Program-made: the position numbers and the translations under genes
Assembly (NCBI GenBank): GCA_964486045.1
Contig: CAZALK010000001.1
Coordinates: 712,242 to 776,241, forward strand
Source: an uncultured archaeon
GTDB lineage: Archaea > Asgardarchaeota > Lokiarchaeia > Sigyniarchaeales > SOKP01
Length of the DNA stretch: 64,000 bases
Reading direction: 5' to 3'
Shown: positions 20,346 through 30,502 of the stretch, piece by piece
Numbering within the stretch: the first letter of the stretch is position 1
How the letters are laid out: each line of letters starts with the position of its first letter
Notes under the pieces: generated by a model
Databases searched by the model: none
Told to the model about the DNA's origin: nothing
Seen by the model: the letters and a program-made list of their open reading frames with translations, nothing else

Positions 20346-20960
20346 TTATTCTCCCACTTCTTTTATTTCAACAAATTTTTCTTTAGAACCAGTTTTAGTG
20401 ATAGTTAAAATATCTACACCGTTACCAGACATTGCATCTCGTGCAATTGTATTTATGATTGTTTTTTCTACTAATTTTTCCCCTGCTGCTACCGTCATGC
20501 CCGGTTTGTATTCTGCTTCTAAAATTCCCGTGGAAAGTAACATTCCTGTCCCTACCGCACCATAATCATCAGGCATTATACTCCCAATTTGATCAAAAGT
20601 GTATAAATCAGGCCCTTCTTTATCCATTCCTGCGATTACTACGATTGCCACTAAAGGTGCCATTTTTCTCGAATATAAATAATTACTTATCATTTTACCC
20701 ATACTTCGTGTAGAGATCCTCTCTCCAGCATCTAAGAGGTATAGATTTGCCTGCGCCCGTAGGATTCTAACTAAAATTTGGAAATCTCCGATAAGTCCAT
20801 AGCATGCTAACCCTATATGGTCAGTAATCTTAAAAACCTTTCTTGTAGCCTTATTAACTACGGTATAACCCCACGTAGCTCTCCGATCACTGCCCATAAC
20901 TACACCATCCTTACATTTAATAGCAACCGATGCCGCTCCTGGAACCATTATCTGTGACAT
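20346..20960 (-). CDS. psmB: Proteasome beta subunit lacking the catalytic Thr1
   Basis: VAIKCKDGVVMGSDRRAT, RKVFKITDHIG, GLIGDFQ, AVGTG, RDAMSGNGVD. The processing site reads PG|AAS instead of G|TT. Confidence 0.92.
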   Translation of the reverse strand: MSQIMVPGAASVAIKCKDGVVMGSDRRATWGYTVVNKATRKVFKITDHIGLACYGLIGDFQILVRILRAQANLYLLDAGERISTRSMGKMISNYLYSRKMAPLVAIVVIAGMDKEGPDLYTFDQIGSIMPDDYGAVGTGMLLSTGILEAEYKPGMTVAAGEKLVEKTIINTIARDAMSGNGVDILTITKTGSKEKFVEIKEVGE

Positions 20961-21200
20961 TCTTGATCAGTTCTCCTTTTACAATTAATTAAATTGAATT
21001 ATTAAGTTATTTTTGATATTATAAATAAGCAGAACTAATTAAAATTTTTCTTTTAAATTATAACATATAGCAATTAACCTCAATATATTAAAGATTTTTA
21101 TTCTACTCTTTCAATAACCATTTTTCAATTTTCGATTTGTTAAATGATCCCTAGATTGAAATTATTTTTTACTTCTTATTCCAATTATTATATAATGTTT

Positions 21201-21568
21201 ATGATCATACATTTTATCATATGAAATTTAATAGGGATGATTCAATTTAACTAAAGATTTTTTAATTTCCCTTTAAATTATAATAAAAATGAAGTTAAAG
21301 AAGATTTACTCAATAATACAATTTGAATTATTGTGTGCCTAACAAAATTACTTCATATTTTGCGAATGATTAGTCAGTGAATGATCACATAATTTATGAT
21401 ATTTTTTTCACTCATGATTCTCAGTTTCAATTAAAAATTTTTCAATTCCCCTTTAAATTATAATAAAACCAATCCTAACGAGTCTTTACTCAATCTTGAT
21501 ATTCGAACAATTTTGTTTCTATAAAAATTAGTTCATATTTTTTGAATGATCAATAATTCAATGATCAT
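21201..21568. repeat. Degenerate non-coding tandem repeat, period 180 bp
   Basis: atgatca at 21201, 21381 and 21561. ccctttaaattataataaaa, tttactcaat and aaaatta.ttcatattt each recur 180 nt apart. Confidence 0.85.
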
Positions 21569-21769
21569 AAGTGATAACTCTTTAATTAAAACTATAATTT
21601 TTTGTCGTGATTTTTTTTTCATTTAACTCTTCATGTTCTGCTGATTTAGTCAAAAGATTTAAATAACTCTTCAGACATTATACTATCTAAGACACTTTAA
21701 AAATAAACTTAAATAAAATTAAAAACTGAAATTTTAAAATTTTACACAAAAAATTTGGAGGAATAAAAA

Positions 21770-21988
21770 ATGGCAAAAAAGAAACATTCTTTCGCATGGA
21801 GCCCAATTCGTCGATTGATGAAGCAACAAGGCGCTTCTATCGTAGCTCGTAATGCAGTTGATTTATTAATTGATCATTTAGAGAAAACCGCTTCTGGTTT
21901 GACTGAACAAGCAAGAACCTTTACCATGCATGCGAATAGAAAGAAAATCACTAAGAATGACTTACTCCTAGCAATTAAATACGTCTAA
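21770..21988 (+). CDS. Archaeal histone (HMf-like histone fold)
   Basis: PIRRLMKQQGA..VA..AV..L...LE...HANRKKITKNDLLLA. Strong GGAGG SD and a T-rich terminator. Confidence 0.92.
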   Translation: MAKKKHSFAWSPIRRLMKQQGASIVARNAVDLLIDHLEKTASGLTEQARTFTMHANRKKITKNDLLLAIKYV

Positions 21989-22253
21989 AAAAAATAAATA
22001 GACTTATAGGATATTTTTAACATTTTTTCTTTTTTTATTTAATTATTTACTTTTAATAGATCTTATTCTTTTATCCTATCAAATTAGTAATTTGGTTTTA
22101 AAATAAATGTTAAATACAACATGTAAACAATCTAATAATATTAATAAGGATAAAACTTGAATAAAACTATGAAGACTCGATTTTCAAATGATTTTGATTG
22201 ATTGGATTTATCAAAACACTGAACAAAGAATCTATCAATAAAGATTTTTAAGA

Positions 22254-23474
22254 TCAGTTAAACAAAAGTTGGATTAATTGAGCTGCTTTTTGAGCCCCAT
22301 TAGTGTCGATTTGTGGATATTCTATTTCTTTACCAATATTGCTTACGATGGTATCAGCTAAAATTTGTGATGTAACTTCAGGGAAATGCATTTCCACTCC
22401 AATTTTATTTTTGCTCAATCGCTCTGCAATTAAATCTTGCTCAAAATGTTTTTCGAGAGGAAAATAGAGAAAATTTTTTTTCAGAGCTGTTAATTCTGTA
22501 GTTGTACTTCCTCCACATTGAGTTATAACAAGATCACTAGCAGCAAAGTGCTTATATAGATTAGGGATAAATCCCTTCACTTTAACTCCATTTGGTACGC
22601 TTATAGATTCTGGGGGGATATTTGGACCACATATTAGGATCATTTGTAAGTCAGAAATTTTTTTTTTAATTAATAAATAAGATTCTGCGCAAAGTTCTAA
22701 TAATGCTTTACCAACACTTGTTCCACCAATTGTACATATTACTAATGGATCTTTACCATATCCCAATTCTTTACATATATTTACTTTATTCATAAATTTA
22801 TCAGGTTCAAAGGGAATAATGTTACCCAAACTCACAAAATTTAGAGCGTCGAATAACTTACGAATATTTTCAGAAGGAAATCCAAAAAGAGCCCCATCAG
22901 GGAGATCATTATATTCACCAACAAAATAATTGTGCACTAAATTTCCGTAGTCAAATGTTTTATCCCTTAAAAAAAATTCATCATTTGCCATTTTTATCAA
23001 CTCGGTTTCTGCAGGGTTGTCTGACCCAGGATAAGCTCCTATAAAATCATAAATCGCAACAAGGGGAACATCCATTAAGGGTTTATTCTCTCTAATAGCA
23101 GTCTTTACAACATTAGTTATTTGATAAGTTTCATCTCCTATGATTAAATCAAATTTATACTTGTTAATTAACTCCTTGAAAATGTCAACAGATTTTGCCC
23201 AATGTTGCAAAACCATGGTTAGATATTCAAATAAATTTACTTGAAATGTAGTACTCACATTTTCCATTATTATCGTTTCATTTGGGTATTGACTCGCTTC
23301 AGGTAGTAATGTTTCACCAGCATTCTGTAAAGCTAAACTTGCGGGTGGAGCAGCAAGCCATGAAATTTCTACATCTGGAATGATTTTATATAATTCCTTA
23401 GTGATCGCGAGATCTCGAGATGCATGTCCTAATCCTACAGAAGCACAAATAAACAAGATTTTTTTATTTACCAT
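22254..23474 (-). CDS. GT-B glycosyltransferase (GT28/MurG-like)
   Basis: GLGHASRD, TIGGTS, DLVITQCGGSTTTE, HFEQ. Confidence 0.85.
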   Translation of the reverse strand: MVNKKILFICASVGLGHASRDLAITKELYKIIPDVEISWLAAPPASLALQNAGETLLPEASQYPNETIIMENVSTTFQVNLFEYLTMVLQHWAKSVDIFKELINKYKFDLIIGDETYQITNVVKTAIRENKPLMDVPLVAIYDFIGAYPGSDNPAETELIKMANDEFFLRDKTFDYGNLVHNYFVGEYNDLPDGALFGFPSENIRKLFDALNFVSLGNIIPFEPDKFMNKVNICKELGYGKDPLVICTIGGTSVGKALLELCAESYLLIKKKISDLQMILICGPNIPPESISVPNGVKVKGFIPNLYKHFAASDLVITQCGGSTTTELTALKKNFLYFPLEKHFEQDLIAERLSKNKIGVEMHFPEVTSQILADTIVSNIGKEIEYPQIDTNGAQKAAQLIQLLFN

Positions 23475-23815
23475 TCAAAACACTCTCAAATTCAAAATTG
23501 CCCTCAATAAATATAGTTATAATAAGGTGATTATAATATATTGATTATTTATATAAAAATGTAATTCTATGAGCGTTAGAAAATAAACAAGGCGTATATA
23601 ATCAAAACAACATTAAGGAAGATCTTAAATACTGTATTTAACTTCTGTTTTTTAAGAAAAGCATTGAATTGATAAAATAGTCTTATTATTAAAATTATAG
23701 TTAACAGTTTGATAGCGGAGTTTAAAAATTTAATTTCAAAATTAGGAGTAACAATCTATATTTTACTGCAATGATTATTTAAATTGTTCTGCAAAAAATT
23801 GATTAATAATTAAAA

Positions 23816-24445
23816 ATGACTAAATCTAATGAAGCAGTTGTAAATGGGGAAGCCAAGAGAATCCTCTTTCAATCAATGGAGCTTATAATGAATAATATTC
23901 ATGCTAACATTGATCACTTGGATAAAAACTTTAAGTATACTCAAAAATTTATTAATTTAGTTTATGATGGATTAGAAAACAAACGTAGGTTTTTCTTATT
24001 GGCATCAGGTAGAAGCGCTTTTATATTACAATGTTTTGCTACAAGATTAGTTCACTTGGGGGCCGAGATCTACATGGTTACTAATTTAGGTTCTATGCCT
24101 GCTTTACGGAAAAAAGATATCCTAATTGTCCTATCAGGATCAGGAACCACAAGTATAGTAGTAAGCTTACTTAATAATTATGTAAACTCAGTTAAACCAT
24201 ATGGAATAGTAACAATTACATCCCACCCTGAAACCATCATTGGTAGAATCGGAGATATCACGATTAAACTTAAAGGCAGAAGTAAGAGAGATAAAGTTCT
24301 AGGAGACACAGCAGTATTAGCACCTGAAGGGACGATGTTCGAAATCGCGGCATTTTCTTATTTGGATGCTATTATAGCTGAACTGGCTATTAAATTGGGA
24401 ATATCTAATGAGGAATTACTTGAACAACACTCACAAGCCACATAA
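23816..24445 (+). CDS. hxlB: 6-phospho-3-hexuloisomerase-like SIS protein
   Basis: SGRSAF...FATRLVHLG, LSGSGTT, APEGTMFE. Confidence 0.8.
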   Translation: MTKSNEAVVNGEAKRILFQSMELIMNNIHANIDHLDKNFKYTQKFINLVYDGLENKRRFFLLASGRSAFILQCFATRLVHLGAEIYMVTNLGSMPALRKKDILIVLSGSGTTSIVVSLLNNYVNSVKPYGIVTITSHPETIIGRIGDITIKLKGRSKRDKVLGDTAVLAPEGTMFEIAAFSYLDAIIAELAIKLGISNEELLEQHSQAT

Positions 24446-24565
24446 AGTTTTAACCACATTTTCTCATCTTTAAATACTAGCTCTTAGTATAACTATGCGC
24501 CGATTTTTTAGTGTTTTTACAAGAACTCTGTTCGATGAGTAAAAATCTCCAAATCGGCGCACACT

Positions 24566-25438
24566 TTATAACACCAGAGCTCCAATTGCTGTGCTAAACT
24601 CGGAATTTTTCAAAAAAACTGCTTTTTTCTTATTAACTCTACACATACGCGATATTAGTTTTCTAGCTATCTTGTTATTTCTTAAAAAACCACCACAGAA
24701 CACGATTGAAGAGATTTCATTTTTATCTGCCATCAAATTTGCTATGGTTCCTATATTTTCCCCGATCATGCATATTAGTGAATTAATCAAATCTTCTTTT
24801 TTCAATATATTGCTTTTAGAATTCAAAACAATCTTCCCTAGGGACGCGGCCGTAAATTCTCTAAATAATGGATCTACTCTACCGTCTTTAGGATCATAAA
24901 TGTCAGAAACTTTTAAATCTACATTATACCTATTTCCATTTTTAGCTAAACTCATGGCTTCTTGGAAGTTATTTATTTTAAATAGTGTTTTAATAATACC
25001 CATAAAAAAACCTCCTCCTAAGGCAGTACCCCCCAGATGCTTATATGAATCACTATTGGAGACTATCGATGTTCCGGTTCCGATAGTAACGATCAATGAT
25101 GTTGATAATACGTTCTTTTTTTCTAACAAATAAGTTGTTTCAGTTCCCCTTACATTAGCCTCAAATTCATTAATTAAAATCGTTTTGATATCTTTTTTTG
25201 AATAAATTTGAAATAAGTGAAAACACTTACCACCTGTGAAATTAATATTTTTAAATTGACCTATTTTCATTTCTATAGCATTCTCAATTGAATTTAGATC
25301 CCGATGTATATTAAAAAATGATAGTTTTAACTCATTATTTTCTATATAAGCAAGTTTAGTTAGAGTTTGTCCCATATCAACTCCAATTGTATCTTCTGGG
25401 AGATTCACAGTAGAAGTATCTATATTAATGTTTAACAT
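24566..25438 (-). CDS. coaW: Type II pantothenate kinase
   Basis: GVDMGQTLTK, TGG, NEFEA, IGTGTS, GGTALGGG, DLKVSDIY, AASLGK. Confidence 0.85.
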   Translation of the reverse strand: MLNINIDTSTVNLPEDTIGVDMGQTLTKLAYIENNELKLSFFNIHRDLNSIENAIEMKIGQFKNINFTGGKCFHLFQIYSKKDIKTILINEFEANVRGTETTYLLEKKNVLSTSLIVTIGTGTSIVSNSDSYKHLGGTALGGGFFMGIIKTLFKINNFQEAMSLAKNGNRYNVDLKVSDIYDPKDGRVDPLFREFTAASLGKIVLNSKSNILKKEDLINSLICMIGENIGTIANLMADKNEISSIVFCGGFLRNNKIARKLISRMCRVNKKKAVFLKNSEFSTAIGALVL

Positions 25439-25520
25439 CTATTCCATCACTTAACTTAAAATTCTATTCTTTCATATTTAATATTATGAATATAATGATT
25501 GAATTTTGTAAAACATTTCG

Positions 25521-26993
25521 ATGAATAATCAATCAGATTTAGAGAACACGGAAGTCGTCATAATAAAAGGTAGTTCACCACAAGAAAGTGTTTTAGAGGG
25601 CATTGAAACACTCGGTGGCATCTCTACATTCATCAAAGAAGGAGATCAAGTTTTTATAAAATTCAATTTAACTTTACCAGGTGGTTTTCCTACAAATACT
25701 AATATTGACGTAATTTCAACTTTAATAGATTCTTGTAAAAAAGCAAGAGCAGAAAAGATATATCTTGGGAGTTTTCCATTTAAAGGTGTACCAATCAAGA
25801 AGATTTCAAATTTATTAAATTTAGAGGAATTTTTTAAAAATATTGGTGCGGAATTGATTTTTCTAGACAATAGCAATTTATTTGTAGAGAAGAATATAAA
25901 GATTGAACAATTAACTAAAATCAAGGAGGAGTCTTTTTCTAGTGTTAACATAAACAATAAAGAATATTTAGTTCCAAAAATTATAATAGAGTCAGATAAG
26001 CTAATCTCGGTTAATCAAGTCAATGTAAATCCCTTATTTAAAATAAATACATCTCTCCTAAATCTCTCCTCAATTGTTTCACCAAAATACCAAGAATTAG
26101 GTGTAAGTAAAAATGAAGAGAATGAGTATATATCACAAGATAAATATAAATCTAACTTAGTTTCGAACATTCTTGACATTTATTCGGTTAAACAACCAGA
26201 TCTTGTAATCAATGATTTGTTCTATGTATTAGAGGGTGCAGGTCCATATCTTTATAAGGACTCTAATCTAAAAAAAACAAATTTGGTGGTAGTCGGGAAA
26301 AACGCCGTTTCTGTTGATACAATAACACTAAAATTATTGAATATTGGGATTCAAAATTATGATTTAATAGTAGAAGCAAATAAGAGAGAGCTGGGGATCA
26401 TAAATCTTGAGAAAATCAAGATCATTAGAGGAGAACTAGGAGAAACTAACATAGATGTCGATTTATGCGTACCTAAGCTCGAAGATATTAATGTGAAGAA
26501 TTTTAGGATAAGCTCTGGTGAATATTGTTCAGGGTGTTTTAAATATGCTTACCATTTATTAAATTTCATGAAAACCAACATGGTTAAGGACTTGAAATAT
26601 AATCCTAGTAATAATTTTCTTGTCGGTCAAAATCCACCAAAACCAGATTATTTTAGTAATATTTTACTGTTTGGCGATTGTGCCATAAGCAGTACGAAAA
26701 ATAGCAATTTTAGAATGATAAAAAAGGAATCGAAAAAAAATATAGTAGATGGAGCAAAAGATAAAATTTTAAAAAAACAAAAGGACCAAAAAAAGCCTAA
26801 GTCTAAAATTAAAGCCAACAAAAAAATCTTGGAATTTCCAGGATGTCCACCTGATATCTTAAGCTGCCTAAATCTTATTATGAAATATTATGGAAAAAGT
26901 AATATGCCCAATTTATCCTTGCTTAAAGAGAATTTAAAAATTTGGTTTAATCCAAAGGATAAGCAGAATTTGAGAGCTATGGGGGTGCTTTAA
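25521..26993 (+). CDS. DUF362-domain protein with C-terminal Cys motifs
   Basis: GDQVFIKFNL, TNIDV, EGAGP, NAVSVD, CSGC, GDCA, PGCPP. Confidence 0.75.
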   Translation: MNNQSDLENTEVVIIKGSSPQESVLEGIETLGGISTFIKEGDQVFIKFNLTLPGGFPTNTNIDVISTLIDSCKKARAEKIYLGSFPFKGVPIKKISNLLNLEEFFKNIGAELIFLDNSNLFVEKNIKIEQLTKIKEESFSSVNINNKEYLVPKIIIESDKLISVNQVNVNPLFKINTSLLNLSSIVSPKYQELGVSKNEENEYISQDKYKSNLVSNILDIYSVKQPDLVINDLFYVLEGAGPYLYKDSNLKKTNLVVVGKNAVSVDTITLKLLNIGIQNYDLIVEANKRELGIINLEKIKIIRGELGETNIDVDLCVPKLEDINVKNFRISSGEYCSGCFKYAYHLLNFMKTNMVKDLKYNPSNNFLVGQNPPKPDYFSNILLFGDCAISSTKNSNFRMIKKESKKNIVDGAKDKILKKQKDQKKPKSKIKANKKILEFPGCPPDILSCLNLIMKYYGKSNMPNLSLLKENLKIWFNPKDKQNLRAMGVL

Positions 26994-26997
26994 TACA

Positions 26998-28578
26998 TTG
27001 ATAAATAAGAAATTCAAGGATAATTGGTTAAGAATGCTTAATTATAATTCCAACATTGATCTGGGAAATAAAATTAAAATAACTGATAGAAAAATAAGAA
27101 TACCACTTACACCTATAGAAGTTGATCCATATCTCCTATACCATCTTTTTAAGATTTTATATCCCAAATTTATCAATGACCATAATAACATTTTAGATAT
27201 AATAATATCTAATGATGGAAAGAATGTTATTAGCTCATATCTATATGAAACCAAAAAAGCAGGAATTCATGAGTCAATCGAAAAACTACCGCATGATATA
27301 TTTAAGTTTCATAAAAAGGATCTTGATGATATCAACAAATTTTACAGAAGAATTTTAGATGGTTTAACTAAGAAGAAGGGAATAAGAGTCTCATCAATTC
27401 GGATATTTAAAGAAAAAGCCATTGAGCATATTAATCGATATTGCGTAGATATTGAAGATACTCCTTTCGATTCATTATTATCGGAAGCCTGTGATCTGAT
27501 TCAGACATTACTTGAGCAGGAATTATTTATAATTTACCCTGAACCTAACTTGTTAAGATATTTAAAGGAATTGATAGAATTTCTAAATGGTAATCAACTA
27601 AGCCATCTTATTAAGTTAAGTTATACGCTTCTCCCTAAATTTAATATTGCTATTATTTTTGGGGCTCAGGATTTAACGATAATCCTACATTTGCAAAAAA
27701 TTGAAGTTTCAAAATCAGTTACACCCTATTTGAGAATAAAATTAATAACCACAGACGAATTGGGAATAAATACCGAAGATATTAATAAAAATGAAATAAC
27801 CGAACTTGTTCAGCAACAAATACAACCCGAAAAGACTTATTATATAAATCAAGTTGACGTTATTTCACTTTTAACTGAATTAGTCAATTTACCGGTTAAT
27901 CTGAGAGAAGAGAATTTGGTGCTTTTGTTACAGAAAATCTTATTTGGATTTAGAAGTTTTGAGAAACATTGGCTCTTAAGCCCGAGACCAATTATTTATA
28001 ATAACTTATTAAGATTTTTTGTAAGACTCTTCGGATTCAATATAAATCTTCGAAAGATTTCTCATTGGGCAATACCAGATCTAATCTTCAATATATTTAG
28101 AAACAACTTTGGATTGAATTATAAGATTTTAGTTATTATTTCAGACATATCTGGGATGGAAAAGCAAAAATTAAGCAATTGTAAATATTTAGAAAAGGCT
28201 GCTAAGCATCTGTTTATTTTTGAGATTGAAAATAATACATTAATAAAAATAAATTACATAAAAAAGGAAGATTTATTTACTAATGAGCAAATTGAATCCT
28301 TTGAATCAATAAGGTTAAGATCCTCAGAAAAATATGGTTATCTGTCAAATATCATTGTTCTCGACAAGGGTTTACTTCAAAGTTTTATAAGAAATTTTAT
28401 GTTTGAACATTCCAAGATTGCCCCACGCTCCAAAATAAGAACCTTGAAGATGCTCAAAAAATCGAAATTTTTCTATATGTTCCCTGAACTCCCGCTCTAT
28501 AAATTAATTAAAAAGAAAAGTACAATTTCACTTATAAAACTCCTACTCCCAATTATAATTGACAAACATGAATTTTAA
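26998..28578 (+). CDS. Hypothetical protein
   Basis: 526-aa ORF, translationally adjacent to the DUF362 gene. Confidence 0.75.
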   Translation: MINKKFKDNWLRMLNYNSNIDLGNKIKITDRKIRIPLTPIEVDPYLLYHLFKILYPKFINDHNNILDIIISNDGKNVISSYLYETKKAGIHESIEKLPHDIFKFHKKDLDDINKFYRRILDGLTKKKGIRVSSIRIFKEKAIEHINRYCVDIEDTPFDSLLSEACDLIQTLLEQELFIIYPEPNLLRYLKELIEFLNGNQLSHLIKLSYTLLPKFNIAIIFGAQDLTIILHLQKIEVSKSVTPYLRIKLITTDELGINTEDINKNEITELVQQQIQPEKTYYINQVDVISLLTELVNLPVNLREENLVLLLQKILFGFRSFEKHWLLSPRPIIYNNLLRFFVRLFGFNINLRKISHWAIPDLIFNIFRNNFGLNYKILVIISDISGMEKQKLSNCKYLEKAAKHLFIFEIENNTLIKINYIKKEDLFTNEQIESFESIRLRSSEKYGYLSNIIVLDKGLLQSFIRNFMFEHSKIAPRSKIRTLKMLKKSKFFYMFPELPLYKLIKKKSTISLIKLLLPIIIDKHEF

Positions 28579-28638
28579 AGAGGAAAGAGTAAGTCTAAAA
28601 TCAGTGAAATAATTAGCTACATTGATGAGGTAATCATA

Positions 28639-29727
28639 CTACTTTATAAATCCCTTATTAACTAGTAATTCTGCATTTAATATGGCTCCTCCTGCAGCTC
28701 CTCTAACGGTATTGTGACTTAAAGCAATGAACTTAAAATCAAAGACTGTATCTTCTCTTAATCGACCAACTGTTATTGCCATTCCTTTATCGTTATCTCT
28801 ATCTTTTTTAGGTTGAGGACGATCTTCGCCTTCTAAATATATTATTGGTTGTTTAGGTGCATATGGTAAATCCAATTCCTGAGGAATTGATTTAAACGAA
28901 TTCCAAATTTTAATTATTTCTTCTTTTGAGGGTATTTTCTTTTTGAATTTTATATTTACACTAGCCGTATGACCATAAGAAACTGGAACTCTCGTACATG
29001 TTGCACTTATTTGAATTGAATGATCATTTTCTATCCCACCATTCCCAATTTTTCCTAAAATCTTTAACGGTTCATTTTCTGTCTTCTCCTCCTCTCCGTT
29101 AATATAAGGAACAAGATTATCAACAATATCTAGAGAGGGAACACCTGGGTATCCTGCTCCAGAAACAGCTTGTAAAGTAGTTATTATTAACTTGTCCACT
29201 TTATATCCTGCTTTTTCTAGAGCATAAATCGGTGTTAAATAACTTTGGAGAGAACAATTTGGTTTCACAACTATAAATCCTCTCTCGAAACCATGATTTT
29301 TTTGTTGGATTGGGATGACATTTACATGTTCGTGGTTAATTTCACCAATAATCATGGGTACGTCAGGAGTCCAGCGATGAGCTGAATTATTACTAATTAC
29401 CGGTATTCCTCTTTTAGCATAATTTATTTCAGTTTTTTTAATTTGTTCCTTTGTGGGCATACTAATAGCAGAGAATACCAAACTAAGATCTTTGGGTAGT
29501 CTCTCAAAGTCTTGAACATCCCTTACTATTAGATCTTTAACTGAGCTTGGGATAGAAGTAGACATCTGCCATTTAGCTTTAACAGCTTCTTTATAAGTTT
29601 TATTCGCTGATCTCGGTGAGGCTGCTACATCAACTATTTGAAACCAAGGATGATTTTGTAATAAGTTAATATAATTTTGACCTACAACTCCAGTAGCTCC
29701 TAGAATACCTATTTTATATTTATTCAT
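28639..29727 (-). CDS. asd: Aspartate-semialdehyde dehydrogenase
   Basis: GATGVVG, KPNCS, QAVSGAG, CTRVPV..GH, HNTVRGAAG. Confidence 0.95.
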   Translation of the reverse strand: MNKYKIGILGATGVVGQNYINLLQNHPWFQIVDVAASPRSANKTYKEAVKAKWQMSTSIPSSVKDLIVRDVQDFERLPKDLSLVFSAISMPTKEQIKKTEINYAKRGIPVISNNSAHRWTPDVPMIIGEINHEHVNVIPIQQKNHGFERGFIVVKPNCSLQSYLTPIYALEKAGYKVDKLIITTLQAVSGAGYPGVPSLDIVDNLVPYINGEEEKTENEPLKILGKIGNGGIENDHSIQISATCTRVPVSYGHTASVNIKFKKKIPSKEEIIKIWNSFKSIPQELDLPYAPKQPIIYLEGEDRPQPKKDRDNDKGMAITVGRLREDTVFDFKFIALSHNTVRGAAGGAILNAELLVNKGFIK

Positions 29728-29924
29728 TAGAAGATCTTCAGACAGTATCTAAGATTTTAAATAGATGTATCTTTATTTAGTTTGAGATTTCAATCTAATT
29801 AATTTTCCTACTTTTTGTCTAAAGTTTTTGAATTTTGCTACATTTTTATTTTTTATAATCTTAAATGTATCTTGTATTTTTGAACTTATTAAATAAACTG
29901 TATTAATGGAATGATGTGTTAGTT

Positions 29925-30455
29925 ATGTCGGGACCATATGATGAGCTAGAAAAAGAAGCAGAAAGATTGGAAAAACAATCTAAAAACGAGTTTGGCAAGA
30001 AAAACTTTATTTCAGCGATTACTTTATTAAATGAAGCTAAAAATTTGTATTCAAAACTTGGTTTTCAGGGTAAAATTAATATGATTGATCAAAGAATAAC
30101 TCGGTTAAATAATCTGGTTAAATTCGAGAAGCAGGATTCAGATATGAAAACCAAAAGTGAGGAAGCATTCCAAAAACGGGTTGATAAGGTTATAAAAGAA
30201 AAACGAAAATATTCTGACAAAAAATTTTCTGAACAAAGAGCTATAACACCAGAAATGAAGAGAACATTTGAAAAGATTAATTTATTAGTTGAAAAAGCAG
30301 AAAAAGAAGAGAAACTAGGAAAGTATTCTAGAGTTATAGGGAGATATGAATACATTTTGGAGATATATAATTCTATTCCAAAGGATATAGGAGATTTCTC
30401 ACAGCGAATATATGAAATTGAGAAAAAAATAGCAATGCTACAAACAAAGAAGTAG
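29925..30455 (+). CDS. Helical (TPR/MIT-like) hypothetical protein
   Basis: All-helical pattern (AEKEEKLGKYSRVIGRYE). ATG 29925 is the likely start. Confidence 0.65.
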   Translation: MSGPYDELEKEAERLEKQSKNEFGKKNFISAITLLNEAKNLYSKLGFQGKINMIDQRITRLNNLVKFEKQDSDMKTKSEEAFQKRVDKVIKEKRKYSDKKFSEQRAITPEMKRTFEKINLLVEKAEKEEKLGKYSRVIGRYEYILEIYNSIPKDIGDFSQRIYEIEKKIAMLQTKK

Positions 30456-30502
30456 AATTTTTTTTTCTCACTCTCTCAATCAAAAATATACAATGAATTT
30501 TT

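Noticed and set aside
21201-21568. CRISPR array or replication origin
   Set aside because: Only two long degenerate units, no recognisable ORB G-string and no adjacent cdc6/orc1.
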